Notes under the pieces: model-generated
The model's input: the letters and a program-made list of their open reading frames with translations, nothing else
Told to the model about the DNA's origin: nothing
Databases searched by the model: none
Assembly (NCBI GenBank): GCA_050273025.1
Contig: CP158635.1
Coordinates: forward strand, 19,654,001 to 19,718,000
DNA from: Cenococcum geophilum
Lineage: Eukaryota
Direction: 5' to 3'
Length of the DNA: 64,000 bases
Translations under genes and position numbers: made by a program
Shown: piece by piece, positions 1-13,168 of the stretch
Numbering within the stretch: the first letter of the stretch is position 1
How the letters are laid out: each line of letters opens with the position of its first letter

Positions 1-1857
1 GTTTAATATTGGTGATAAAATCGGGTATTTTATACTGGATAATGTGTTAAATAATAATACCTATATGGAGGCTCTAGGTAAGAAGCTTAGATTTAATTAG
101 AAGGAGCGTTAACTTTAGTGCGCTGGCTATATAATTAACCTAGTGGCTTACTTAATCCTCTATAGTAAGGATATGAAGGCTTTAGAGGATAAGCTTAAAG
201 AGGCTAAAGATAAGATTAAGCACCTAGAGCTTTGGAGGAAGCAGGGCCTAATTAAAAAGCTTTATAATATTATCATTTATATATTATCTACGTCATCCCA
301 ACGCGAGTAGCAATTTAAGGAGTTTTAATATATCTATTTAACTACTATGCCATCGTTTTTAGACGGCTCTACGACTTAAACTACCTGGAAGCTTATCCTT
401 AATGTTAATACGCGGTAAAACTCTACTTTTGATATAATTAAGCGCGCGCTACACCTTATGGCTGTAATTAACGCCTTTATTGAAAAGGAGCAACGGGATT
501 GAGAGGCTTACTATAATTAGGCCACTAAAAACGGCATAAAGCCTTACCTAAAAAAGGGCAAGAAGAAGCCTTTAATTATCAACGACGCCTTAGGTAAGGA
601 GGAATAGCAGATTCTAAAGGAGTATATATAGATATTAGCGCCGCTTAAGGAGGTTACTAAGACTCTAGAAGGCAAGGCTTATAACGGTAAGTTAACCTTA
701 ATTAGGGTTTAAAAATATCTACTAATTTATAATAAATTAGGTAGAAACGGAGCTCTATAGGAGGTCCTTTCGTCCCTAAAATACCTTATTAAGCAGATTG
801 ACCTTCTTACGTTTTAATATAAGTATAACCTAGAGTCTTACTTTTACACGGGCCTTTAACTTAAATGGCAGAAACTTAATAAGTACTATAAGCTTACTAA
901 TAAATCCGCCGCATACATCGCCTCTATTGCTCTACACCCGTAATATAAATAAAAGTGGATTAAGAATAAGTGGAAGAATAAGAAGAGATGGATTAGAGAT
1001 ATAAAAGAGCGTGTTTAAATAGAATGGGAGACATACAAAGGCCTTAATTTAGGTAGGAGAGTTAGTACACCACCATCTAAGCGCCGGCGATGCGAGGTAG
1101 AGGGTCTAAGAGCCTTCCTAGATAAAGGCCTTAGCAACAACTCGGAAGATAATAAGGAGGAGGATAAGTATAAAGCATAGATAAGGAAGTATCCAAAATG
1201 GAATAGGAAGGTTAATAATCCAATTAAGTATTAATAGGAGCTTTAATTTAACTATCCACGCCTCTTACGCTTCGCAATTAATATGTTTAGTACGCTAGCA
1301 ATAAGCAATAAGCCAGAACGAGTATTTAACCTTACTGGTAATATGGTGCGGCCTAATAGAGCAAAGCTTAAAGCTAATGTTATTAGCGCTGCAATTAGCT
1401 TAAAGCATTGGGATATAAATAAGGTTATTAATATAAGCCGCTGAAGCCGGTAAGTTAATATAGAGGTGTTCTAAAAGTATATAGAGTGCTAATATTTGTA
1501 TAGGAACGACGACTTAATCCTCCTTACTATTACCTAAGCCTCTACCAGAGCCTCTACTAAAGCCTCCTCTACCGCTTCTACTACGCCAGTAATGTTATAT
1601 ATCGCGAGATCCTTATATAGGCGGAAGGGTTAAACAAAAGGCCTTATTTATAGGCGGGCATTAAGTAATTTCAGGTAACTGCTGCGCAAAATACTATACC
1701 AAGACTTTATATAGCATTATATTAATTCGTTAATTTAATTCCAATTTGAGCCTTCCAAATCAACTCAATTCTTTTAATTCGCCTAATATAGAACGCCAAG
1801 CAATTCAATTTAATTCAAACCTCTTTAGAAGACTTGAAAGGTTTACTAGCACCCCTG
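1..1857 (+). mobile_element. hAT DNA transposon, 3' part (RIP-inactivated; 5' end outside window)
   Basis: Manual translation gives GYFILDNVLNNNT (DNASNND-like), CAGYIINL (CxxHxxNL), TR-NS, and a hAT dimerisation-like segment YPRLLRFAINMFS..SNKPERVF..LKHW (~1250-1410). Many TAA/TAG stops. Ends ...tactagcacccctg (reverse complement CAGGGGTGCTAGTA, hAT-type TIR) after AATTC-rich subterminal repeats. Confidence 0.85.
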
Positions 1858-4800
1858 TACTTACCGCGGTAGAGGAGCTTCTAATTACGCGCGTATACGT
1901 TTATCTACAAGTTATACGTATACGCGGCCAGCAACATCGCTATACTGGCCATATCTGCTGCTTTGGCTAGAATACACTAAAGACTTAGAGGCAGCTACTA
2001 CGGCTACCTACTAAACTCGATATACTGGTTATAAGGCCTATAGTAGTAGATGGTGGCGAATACCTAAGCCAGCGGTTTACTAAATGGTATACCGTAAGGC
2101 GCTCTGCTATATCACTGTGGCTTTACTTTCTAAAGGTTAATTATCCTAATTATTGCGACGTTAAAATATATAGCACCCGGCTTGCCAGCTTACCTAAAAA
2201 TGGCTCTATATTAGATTAGCTACCTTATATTAATAAGCCGGAGTTAGATTCTAGTGGCCTGACGGCTTAGCTTACTCCTAGATTATAGGCTACGTTGGCT
2301 TCTACGGGCAATTCTACTCCTATGCAACGTCCTCCTACTATTAATCCTCTACCTGTTAAGCCTAGCAGTAATATACTAGATGGTGAATTTAATAACAACG
2401 TACTAGATACTTTGGTTCCTAATCTAGTACCTAACCTTAATAAATTGGAGCTTTTAAGTCGCGAGGTTTAATAATAATAAGGCCTATAAGCGGGCCTAGA
2501 GGTTCCTACTATGCGGTAGATACCTCTTTCTAAGCGATTAGCTAGTTTCATTATGCGTAGCGTCTTTCCTACTCTATTTCCTTATAGTAAAGCCGACTTT
2601 AATATACCACGAAGTCGTACAGTTACCCTAGCTGCGTACGCCAAGTATATGCTAAAGTATTAGGACGGTCAGTTTGGCCGCTACCCCTTATTTCGCTACT
2701 ACGTGTTTAATTAGATTATAAGAGAGTAAGCCCTTAACGCCACCCGCTTTCTTTACGGCCGATTAAATAAGAATAGTTTATCTTTAAATAAGCTTAATAA
2801 TCTTATAAATGGTAGTAGGGGTAACTAGGTTCTAAATAAGATTATATAGTATATACGGAAGCTTAAGGGCACTAGGCCCTACTAGAAGTAGAAGAGGAAT
2901 AAGCTTACGGCTTATATTAAAAATATTAAGAGCGGGTCTCTATTCTTTATACTTAGCGCTACTAACCTACATTAGTATAATCTACACTCTTATATACCTC
3001 TATTTAATGAATATAAGGCTGCTAATAAGGCTTAACACTACCGGATTGCTTCTTAGAATCTTAACGATAATCTACATATTGCTACTTACTGGCTATATCG
3101 CCGCTTCGATCTGTTTAGGAAGCACGTACTTATAGGTCTGTTTAATAGCACTAACTTTTGGTCCTAATATAAGTGGTAGGTGCGAGGTAGCGGCTATATA
3201 TATAGCTTCTTATAGAGTTCAATAGCCCCAAAGCTAGATCCGTCAACTGGTGAATTAAGGGCGGCTTTTACTAAGCACTGGGCTGCTTTTATATCCGCAA
3301 TAAATCCTAATTAATCTAGGCCTTCTGATCTTTAATATTCTTCTACTCTTGGCTATAAAGAACAGCTTAATACTAGTGAGCTTCTTACCGCCTGCCTTAA
3401 TTGATTTTAACGGCACCGCAATTACACTAAATCTTACTGCTTAAGATTAAAGAAAGGCTTCGCTAGGGTAAAGGAGTGCCGCTTCTACTTTCTACGCTCT
3501 TTCCGTAATAAGGCCGCTGTATTAAAGGATTAAAATCTATATCACTGGACGTTTTGTCCATAGCGTAATAATAAGCTTCTTAATAGCTATAATGTAGCTA
3601 TAATACTGGCGTGGATAGTAAATATTAATACGTCGCCCGCTATAAGTATATTAGTAATAGTTAACTATATAGGCAAATATTGCAGTAAGGAAGAGAAGAA
3701 GTTGACTTCCTACTAGGAGTTACTTTAATTAGTATAGCTACACGCCAACAGTCTTTATGCCTTTAGTTTGGTAGTAGCTAAGTTTATAAATAAGCTTATT
3801 ACTAAACGCGATTAGTTGGCGTAGGAGGTATACTATCTACTTCTTAATATTCCCCTTTCTGAAGGCTTAAGAAATATAGTAACTTTAGACTACTACTAGG
3901 AGGATGATTAAAGCGCTATATATAAGCTTAAGGATGGGTAACTAAGAGGGTACGGACTATCTAACTATAAGAAATATAAGCGCCGCCTAGATGGGGTAGA
4001 GGACGTTACTTTCCTTAATTTTCTACTCCATTTTAATTACTTTACTTATAAGCGTTAACTAAGAGTAAGGCCTTAAGTTATATTATACTTTCCGCGATAT
4101 AAAGGCGATTCTTCCTATCTGCAGTATTCTAAGTTCTGCCGTATAAAGCTTATTCTTTATTATCCGTAGAGGGAGTATAAGGATATAGCTACTTATACTA
4201 ATGGATTTAGGGCCCCTAATTATATGGCTTCCTATTAGGCTTGTGTTAACTCTTATTAGTACTCACCTAACTACTTCTGTAATTGGAAACTAGAGGAAGG
4301 TTATGAAACTGCTAATAATATTAATAAGTTTAAGGGCGATTTTGTAGACGACTTAGAGCTATACTAGTCCTTTAAGGCCCTATATGCCCGCGTTTAAAAT
4401 ACTAATAGAGTTAAAATTAAGGATCCTAATAGGCTTAGTGATAGGGAGCTTAATTATAACTATGACTAGAGTACGTATTAGGGTACGTACCCGCAGCTTA
4501 ATAAGAGGACTTATTAGCAGAAAGTATAGCTATAGCCTCTACTATAGAGCCGCCTATCCCAAATAGTAACTCCGTCCTCCTTATAACCAGGCCAGCGTTA
4601 TATCTATAATATTATAGTTAATTACTATAGGCAGATCTAAGTGGGCCTTAGCCCCTTCTTATTGCGGATTAACGTTAATAGAAAGGCAGGAACCGGCAAA
4701 TTATATCTTATTACTATCCTCTCTACTATACTTTATAATATGGTAAGGGCTAATAGCAAGCTAATGCCATTGGCTTGAGCGGCCCCTACTAGGGTAGCTG

Positions 4801-6507
4801 CTTTTAATATTAACAGCAGAACTATATACGATCTATTAAGGTTGCTAGTAAATCGCCTGTTTGAGGAATTGCCTGCTACTAGTCTTACGCCTCTATAACA
4901 AGCTTTTAAGGATATTCACTATCTCGTTCTTGATAAGAAATCTATAATTAGGCAAGTACATCTGGCCTAGATCGATCGCCGCCTCTATTAGATCTACCCT
5001 ATACGTAATAACGACTACTTCAGAGGCTTGAACATCTTGCTAGTAGGCGATTTCCATTAGCTTCCCTTTGTAAATCAGGCGGCCTTATACAGCAATCTAC
5101 CCGCTAGGCCGTCAGAGCTCGCTAGCTACGGAAAAGGAGCCTATAAGGTAATTGACCGAACTGCTGTCCTAGATTAAGTTATGCGGTAGGGCGGTAATAA
5201 CGCTAAGAGCTCTGTATTTAGGACCGCCCTTGCAAAGCTATATAGTAATTTTATAAGTGAATTAACCTAAAAGCTTCTTTTAACTAGGTGTAAGTAGGGC
5301 CTATCTACTAATAAGGTTGCGGGCTTTAATAATGCAATTCGGCTATATAGTATACGCGCTGCTATAGGTAAGTATAACACTACTTAGCTTCGCGACCTTT
5401 TATAGCCAGTAGTAGCTATTAAGTCAGTTAACACTAGTATAGGTGTACGGAAAGTCACTCCTAATTAGTGCGATACTATAGAGAATCTAGCCCTATATAT
5501 TGGCGCGAAAGTAATACTAATATAGAATATCTGGATTAAACTAGGCTTAGTAAACGGTACTACTAGTATAGTTAAAGATATTATATAGAAGGGACACGCG
5601 GATATTAAAAAGGATCAGCCTCAGTTACTACTAATTACGGTAGATAGGTATAACGGACTTGCCCTATTCACTCGGCAGGATAGTAAGAAAGTCATCCCTA
5701 TATTTTCTATGCTTCGTAAGTAGGAGGGTATAAGAGGCTCTTACTTATGGCGTTAATTTCTAATTACTTTAGCTTTTGCTCTTACCGTATATAAAAGCTA
5801 GGGCCTAATACTTAACTAGGTGGTTTTAGATGTTAAGGAAAAGAATAAAATAGCTGGGCTAACCTATATAGCAATCTCATGAGTTAAGAAGCTTTTAGGG
5901 CTTATATTTAAATATAGGTTTAATATAGAACGATTTTAGTTATTTATAAGTAAGACTAAAGAGGTATAATAAGAAGATTTTATACGGAGGTAGTAGCAAT
6001 TACTTATAAACGAGTTTTTCTAATTAGGAAATTATATACTGGCTTAGAGGTAAGCAGAGAATGCGGCATTTATCTTAGTTTCCTAACTTTTAAATAGTTT
6101 AACCGCGAAATCCAATTTTCTAAATTTTAACCCCTCTATCCGTCCTACCTTCTTACCGCTTTTAGAGCTGTTAGATATATATATAATAGTATATAGGGAG
6201 AATTGGCAGTACTGCTGGATTAATATTGCTACTGTCTATAGCGTTAATTAATTTTTAGAATTTTTTAATTTTTTTAAAGGGCGGAAATTTCGCTTATATA
6301 AGAAGTCACGTAACCTCTAAGAATACTTGGGACCGTATATTAGCAGCCACAACTTCTCTACACTATAGTTAAGATTTTATATATACTGCACCTGGAGCTA
6401 CTTGCAATAACTGTTACCTATAAATCTGCTGATTTATAAATTAAAAATTAGACGTGGTTAGAGCTGTTAGTAGGGGTCATTAATCGCGCTCCCCGTAACA
6501 AAATTTT
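1858..6507 (+). mobile_element. Helitron-like rolling-circle element (Rep/HUH + PIF1 helicase), RIP-inactivated, interrupted at its 5' side by the hAT
   Basis: LTAVEELLITRVYVYLQV..RGQQHRYTGHICCF (DUF6570-like, 1861-1970); FPTLFPY..FGRYPLFRYYVFN (~2560-2715); LFFILSATNLH (~2940-2975); KW-VRGSGYIYSFL (RIP-altered HUH motif, ~3170-3212); Walker A KAGTGK (~4683-4700); LDKKS and GDFH-L; LAFALTVYKS-GL (~5768-5806); TYIAIS-VK. The 3' boundary is tentative. Confidence 0.85.
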
Positions 6508-6523
6508 GGATTTTAGTAATCTA

Positions 6524-6997
6524 AACTGACGAATTAAATTAAAAGTTTGGAACGTCCAAATAAGGTTCTGCTAAGACGCTAGCTAGACCCTTAACCTAGA
6601 CCCTTCCTAACCTATTAAATTCTAAAAATGATAACCTCTACTAAATTAAAAATTAACCTTATCCTTAATAAGCTATCTAATTGGATTTAATGGTTCTTTA
6701 TTATCTAAGACATAGCTAAAACTAACGAGGTATAGCAGTATATCGACTTATTTAAGAAGAAAGACGATCTTCTAAAGCTAGAACTACTAAGTTGGCCTAT
6801 ACTAAGGGATATACTACCTACGGCTATATTAATAGCAAAGCTAGACCTAAACTAGCTTACTGCCTATAACTAGCTCTATGCCAAATATAAGGACGATTTA
6901 CGCGTACACTAGAAGCAAAAACAGGCTATAAACGATATTAACAACTACATCGTTCGCACTACATCGGTAGCCTACCTTTCACTTATTAACAGCCTTA
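6524..6997 (+). mobile_element. Ty1/Copia 5'-leader/gag fragment, related to the element at 37330-42875
   Basis: Aligns by eye with ~37710-38177, e.g. aaccttatccttaa..aattggat..ttctttattatctaaga and aacgatatta.caactacat..acatcggtagcctacctt. Truncated at both ends. Confidence 0.85.
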
Positions 6998-7140
6998 GTA
7001 GTTGGTTACATTAAATATTTAAGGCGTCTCTACCACTATAGTAGCCACTGCAGTAACAGAGACACCCCGTATTTTGGTAAGCAATTAAGCCCATCTTATA
7101 TAAGAATCTCGTGCTATTAGTACTTACCAAATCACGTGCT

Positions 7141-7865
7141 CGTAGGGCCTCCTCCCGTCTATAAATACTCCCTCCTTTATACCTTCCTCTCTTCTTCTTT
7201 CTTCTTCCTTATAAGAGCTAGAGGTGCTCTAATACCCCTCCCTAGTCCCCACTAAGGGATCTATTGGTTAATATGGTAATATAAATAGTATCTAACGAGG
7301 AGATAGGAAGGACGGAGGGGCGTCTAGTAGGTGTTAGTTGAGCAACGTTAATGTCTATATTATAGCTGCCTAATCTCCCATTTATAGGCCTCCTCCTGTC
7401 TATAAATACTTCCTCTTTTATACCTTCCTCTCTTCTTCTTTCTTCTTCCTTATAAGAGCTGGGGGTGCTCTAATACCCCTCCCTAGTCCCCACTAAGGGA
7501 TCTATTAGTTAATATGGTAATATAGATAGCATCTAATAAGGAGATGGGTAAGAGAGGAGATAGGAAGGACGGAGGGGCATCCGGTAGGTGTTAGTTAAGC
7601 AACGTTAATATCTATATTATAGCTGCCTAATCTCCCATTCGTAGGCCTCCTCCCGTCTATAAATACTCCCTCCTCTATACCTTCCTCTCTTCTTTCTTCT
7701 TCCTTATAAGAGCTAGAGGCGCTCTAATACCCCTCCCTAGTCTCCACTAAGGGATCTATTGGTTAATATAGTGATATAGACAGTATCGGACGAGGAGATA
7801 GGTAAGAGAGGAGACAGGAAGGACGGAGGAACCTCTGGTAGGTATTAGTTAAGCAACATTAACGG
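7141..7865. repeat. Tandem array of three ~240-257-bp units
   Basis: Units start at ~7141, ~7383 and ~7640 (taggcctcctcc.gtctataaatact...ctaatctcccatt). They differ mainly by transitions and short indels. Confidence 0.9.
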
Positions 7866-9137
7866 CGGTTTTTGTTACCCAAAAATTGCGTTATATAATA
7901 ATATTTAGGAACGCAAATATATACCCCCGTCCTATACTTATACCACTACTAAATATTCTAGATTTTGCACTTAGAGCTGCTTATAATAGGTATTCCTAGG
8001 AGATCTGCCGGTTTAAAGCTCTATAATTAAATGTTATTAACGTTTTATATAAGGGTCGTCGATTAAGCTCCTGGGATATAATTTTTAAAGTTTAACACTA
8101 TACCAATATTACGACCTTCTTGCAGTGGCTAAGCCACCCTTAATCTCCTCCCCCTCCTCCCCCCTCCCATTACTCGGCGCTGAGCTATTATATCGTCGCC
8201 GAGCCATCGCGTTATTGTACGTCCGAACTGGATGGGTAATGACGTGGTTACTCGATTATGTTAGACGTCTGTATACAGTTATATCTCTTCCTACACGCGT
8301 ATTTAATCGAGTTGGGGTAGTAGACTTACTTTAATTCCAGCTATACGGCGATTTAGTTATTAGGCATTAAAAATATTTAATATATAAAGCTTTAAATTAA
8401 AATTATAATCTACTATATTAGATCCTACGTAGAGGGCTCTGTATTAAAGCTCTGCAGTCTAAATATATACTAGATTCGTGACCAATATAATCCTTAAGCC
8501 CAGCTTAAGTAGGGCGCCTTGGTCACTGTAGTAGATCCTTACCTAGTAGTAACCAAGGCGCCTTAATCTTACTACTACTTCTAAATTAAGCAAAAGCTCT
8601 ATATAGGGGGGTCCCAGGGGGTCTCCCCCTAGAAAACCTTATCTCTATATATATTAATTAAAGTCTATATAATAAAGCTCTAAAATTGATTGGCTTATTA
8701 CTTATAAACTCGGGTCAAAATTTACGTTGGGGGATCAACGTTCCGCATGTTATAGATATTACTAGAGTGATTTTATTTTTCTTAGTCTCCCTTACTAAAA
8801 AAGTTTACCCGAGCATCACTCGTTGTTTACACCGTCATGTCCAGCAGATTCTTCGAGCCAACGTAGCGTGCTTTCCCCTGCATCCTGCTAGCTTGGCTTC
8901 CCTCCGTATCAAGAAGTGAAAGAAATGTCGATCAAAGCCGCATTCGATGAAAGATGCGGCCTCTGTGGACTGCAACTGCTTTGTCCTTGAGCCTTGCGTG
9001 CCGTGCCAAGGCACACCCACGATTCGCTGGCGTTTATGATAGCTGCAGATTGTTTAATTAAAATTGTCAAGGCAGTGACTAGGCTGGCATGGAATACATA
9101 TATGAAAAGGCTCTATGAGGAAGAATCTAGTTAAGGG

Positions 9138-9832
9138 TTATCTCAGGTGCCCCAGACCCTCGTTGAGGAATTCGCCTCTCACTTTATGAATATTATACAA
9201 TTCTGTCATAAAATTCTGCCAAGGAAGGTACCATGCGCAAGCGATCTAGCCAATTAGAGCACGTGTGAGGCAATTCCTCTCCGAGGGTCTGAGGGAAAAT
9301 GGTTGCGTTTTACACCCTTACACCTTATAGTTTTCTTATGCTTTTGAGATAGAACTTCCCCACTACAGCTTATTTTTCCCTAAGATTGGGTAAGCTACTT
9401 CTTATTATAGCTAAAAAGTAGCTTACCCAATCTTAGGGAAAAATAAGTTGTGGTGGTAAAATGCGATTAAGGTTCCAATATAGCTGGTTGGGTGGATACG
9501 GGTTCAAAAACACGTCTTTAAACTTTAAGGCTGTACTTCGCCCCCTAATACGTTAGTTAGCTAGTTTAATTAATTAGAATATATTAGTAGGAGAGATTAT
9601 AATGTAAATGCATCGCGAACTGTAGCAATAGCTGCTGAATTAACCCTAATATAGCTATTTGAATTTGACATACGTTGGAAATGGTATACGAGTTGCACCA
9701 AACACGCGCCCATAAGCTCTCAGACGCTACGCAGAGGATTGCTGGGTCACGTGGAGTTGAGGGTTAGTAAGAAGTTATGCAAAGGGGCGGGCCTGCCAAT
9801 CATCTACGAAGCGGCTGAGGCACCTGAGATAA
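9138..9832. mobile_element. Non-autonomous DNA transposon (MITE), 695 bp, 14-bp TIRs, 8-bp TSD
   Basis: TIR TTATCTCAGGTGCC / GGCACCTGAGATAA; flanked by GTTAAGGG at 9130-9137 and 9833-9840. Confidence 0.85.
9360..9456. repeat. 41-bp-arm inverted repeat (hairpin) inside the MITE
   Basis: ccactacagcttatttttccctaagattgggtaagctactt (9360-9400) versus aagtagcttacccaatcttagggaaaaataagttgtggtgg (9416-9456); two transition mismatches. Confidence 0.9.
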
Positions 9833-10075
9833 GTTAAGGGCTCGATGGCCCACGCACTGTCACGTGACCTACACACGTCGCCGAGCTCAAAGACTGCACA
9901 AGTATCCTCCAACTAACAAAAATTAAAAGGGATATGAGTTAGCACCGGCTGGCCCGTAATATACCTAAGCTAAGCAGTTGGTTACCTGCAACTGCCAAGT
10001 TATATTAAATGCGCCCTTCCATCTTCCTACAAGACCTTCCTCTCGCGTTATCTCTCGAGGGCTTCGGTATAGATC

Positions 10076-10263
10076 TGTCGATCTGGAGAACTCGTGTACT
10101 GATTGATCTATGAAAGAAAAGAGACTATATACATGATGTAGGTACAGGACCAGCGGGGGGGTACGTAATAGGGAGTAGGCGATCGAGTCAAGCAGGGGTA
10201 GGTGACTGAGTCAAGGGGTAGGTAACTGAGTCGGGTGGCAAGACAACCTGATTCAGGTCGACA
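10076..10263. mobile_element. Solo LTR (188 bp)
   Basis: TGTCGATCTG...CAGGTCGACA termini; 5-bp TSD AGATC at 10071-10075 and 10264-10268; internal gagtcaag..gggtaggt.act repeats. Confidence 0.85.
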
Positions 10264-11269
10264 AGATCTTCTTCTCTATATTCTTTTCTTGGATTTTATA
10301 ACTCGGGCCGTGGCCGAACGGCGTGGAAATATTCAAAGGTTCCAGCCGCGGTCCTCCGCCAAGTCTCCATTTCACAGCCGATCTTGATTCTGAACTTGGG
10401 CGCTTAATTAACCCCTTCTTTTATGTAGCGGTAGACTTGAGCCTAAGGCAGACTCAGAAATGCCCTTATGCGGTTCCTTGCTGTACTAGAGCGTGTTTCC
10501 CGGCCGGTACAAAATGTGTATGCACGCTTACGTCGTTTCAGCGATCAGTTTCATTTTCTATCTCTTTGCGGGGCCCTTTCCTATATTAAGTTCATTCCGC
10601 TCGAAAATATTTTTGCCAAGCTTTAGCATTCGTTCAGAACCGTGACTGACATCACTGCGTGTAGCTAGTGCGGTACCGGGCTTAAATGCAGCCCTACGGA
10701 CTCAAACTGCATACCGCAAGGCTACTGTCCCTACGAAACCCAAACGTAAGGAGGGAAGTTCTGGCCAACTAATGCCGTTTGCAATATGAATGGCGGCATA
10801 TCATGCTATCTACCGGGGGAACTAAAGTGCCTGAGTACATGTGAGTCAAGGCCAACAATATCGTTGCTGGTGAGGGGGACTGATTGATGGCCCCAATTGG
10901 CCTAGACCGCCTGGCCCGCACTTCAGCCCTTCACAATCTTTGTCGGGGGAGGGACAAATCGCTGATTCCCCGTAGAAGCCTCACCTCGAATGGGGACAAA
11001 GTGAGGTTAACTGCCATAAGACACTTACAACCGGAAACGAGGGCGGCAGCCCCTTTAATTTGGCAATCCCCCCTGCGCCTCCTTGGCGGCAACAGATCAC
11101 GGCTTCATAAGCATACGTGCTTCCTCCGCCCAATCTCAGAAATCCGGCTCCCTAACAAATCGACGGGAATACAGTGATTTGAGAAAAAGGAAAACCTCGA
11201 AAGCCGTCCAAATCGAGTGGCCACCGTTGCAATTGGCGAGTTTTCACCGCGGAAACCGAGGGTTTCATA

Positions 11270-12299
11270 ATGTCAACGACAGCAGGCTGTACGCCGTCTG
11301 GAGTCCAGCGCGTTGGCCCACTAACAACTGTCTTCACGCCACCTTCGACATGCCTCCATAACCTCTATGTGCTTGATGGTGGTCTTTTCCCAGACATAGC
11401 GTTCTTAGACTTCTTCGCGGAGGATTGCTCTCCGTCATCGGCTTATACCTCACTAGGATCGTTTACGTATGACTATTATTCCCCGGGTATTTGTCCTTTC
11501 AAATACACAAGGTCGGGTCTCGCCTTTCTTTTCAGTTCGTTTCGCCCGAAAAATTTCCAATTCTAACCACGAACGAAGTAGTGCCTGCGGTCCAACATGT
11601 CTAGAATCGCCGTTATCGCCATTAGAGACCGGTATCAAATGCTGCCCAAGCAGCTACACCTGCGTACAAAACGTCAACTGGTGTGTAAGCATACTCTCAA
11701 CTCCAACCGTAGCCACCATGACAGAGTTTTCTGTCTCCTCAAGCGCCTTTATGCTCACGCCTTCTCCCACTGTGTCGATCTTTGCGGCCCCTGTCCGAGT
11801 CCTCTATCAGAGCTCCGATCTTTCTATCCTTACAACCGCAATGGCAGGGCATGGTTCTGTAACGGGAAACCCTTCACAAGGTTCACCATCATCCAATGGT
11901 TCTTTAGCTGCGTCGGGGCTCTCGAAGGATAGAAAGATTGCCGTTGGTGTTGCCGTGCCCCTCGGCTCCATTCTCATTATCTTAGCCATATTATACTTCT
12001 GTTGGCGGAAAAGGAGGAGGGCCCTTGAAACAGCTTTGCCTCACTTATCGGACGGATGGACAAAGCCTGAACTGGATGGCCAAGGCGTGCAGGTGGCGCC
12101 GCGATCTGTCGGATATGGAATGGCAGTTTCCAGCAAGTCACCAAAGACTAAGCTAGACGGCCTAGGGCAGCAGCAGCCGTTCGAACTGGAGGCGAGAGAC
12201 GTCAATCCTGTCCAATTGTATGAAGTTCCAGGTGATATGCCACTGTCACATGAGCTCTTATGGAGTTCTCGCAAGAGTTTGGGGGTGTCAGGGGGCTAG
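11270..12299 (+). CDS. Single-pass membrane protein with Cys/Ser/Thr-rich ectodomain (2 exons; intron 11512-11581)
   Basis: ORFs 11270 and 11469 join in frame across a GT..ctaac..tag intron. Motifs PLTTVFTPPSTC, YYSPGICP and CCPSSYTC; TM helix IAVGVAVPLGSILIILAILYFCW followed by RKRRR; cytoplasmic ELDG/ELEA motifs. Confidence 0.8.
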
Positions 12300-13168
12300 A
12301 ACATGGATTATGGAAGTTGTTAGACACCGTGGTTGTAATAGCTTTGTCATTCCTTTATATTGAAAACGCAACTCCAGTTCAAGGCATCCTTTCCCCCCGC
12401 TTCCTTCGGGCCAGCTCTGCCGGCTGCTCTCTTCTCGGTAGAGCGCTGAGGCCCTCCTGACATCAACTAAAGGGTTGGGACCTTAATCTTGCATGAAATC
12501 GGACCAGCAGGGACAAGGTCGTACCATCCCCTGTTAGATCGTGTACCTTGTCGAAAATTATAACTAGATAAGGCTAAACCTTATTGTCACTGGTCTCTCG
12601 CCTTAGGATTGGTTTCACTGATTCGCCTCGACAAGTACTCGCCCTCAAAACTTTAAACCTCCAAGCTTTGACGGCGCTGGGCGCCAAGTTATAAGCCATT
12701 CACCGCTCTAAAATCTTCTGGGGCGCCTTTTGACTTATTATCCTCTGCCCAATAGTAGTCTAACCCGAAATGGCATTCATCACCAACCACACGGTATCGC
12801 TGGTTCCCAGTAGTTCCCAGCCGACAAACACGCGTCTCAGCCTCGTAACACTCGTCAATAACCACAACGCACTATCCCAAAATATCAGCATAACAGCTCT
12901 CGGATTAAAAATATCACAGTGGAATCCAAGCCTGACGCGCGCGAGATTCACAGCATTGAGATTGATCGACTCGATTATTTATGGCACTGCGGCAGCAGCA
13001 GATGCATCGATACATCTATGAGGCTCTAGTTGGCAGTGGGAGGAAGTGCTAACGGCTAGTTCTTTTTAGGGTAATATAAATGGGAGAGGGGTTGGAGCGG
13101 TTACAGCAACAATAACACTAGAGATAGGATAAAGAAGACGAAGAACGATCGGAACTTGCTGCGTTCTA

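Noticed and set aside
6338..6500. Possible solo LTR (tattagc..gtaaca)
   Set aside because: No matching flanking TSD (ccgta versus aaatt).
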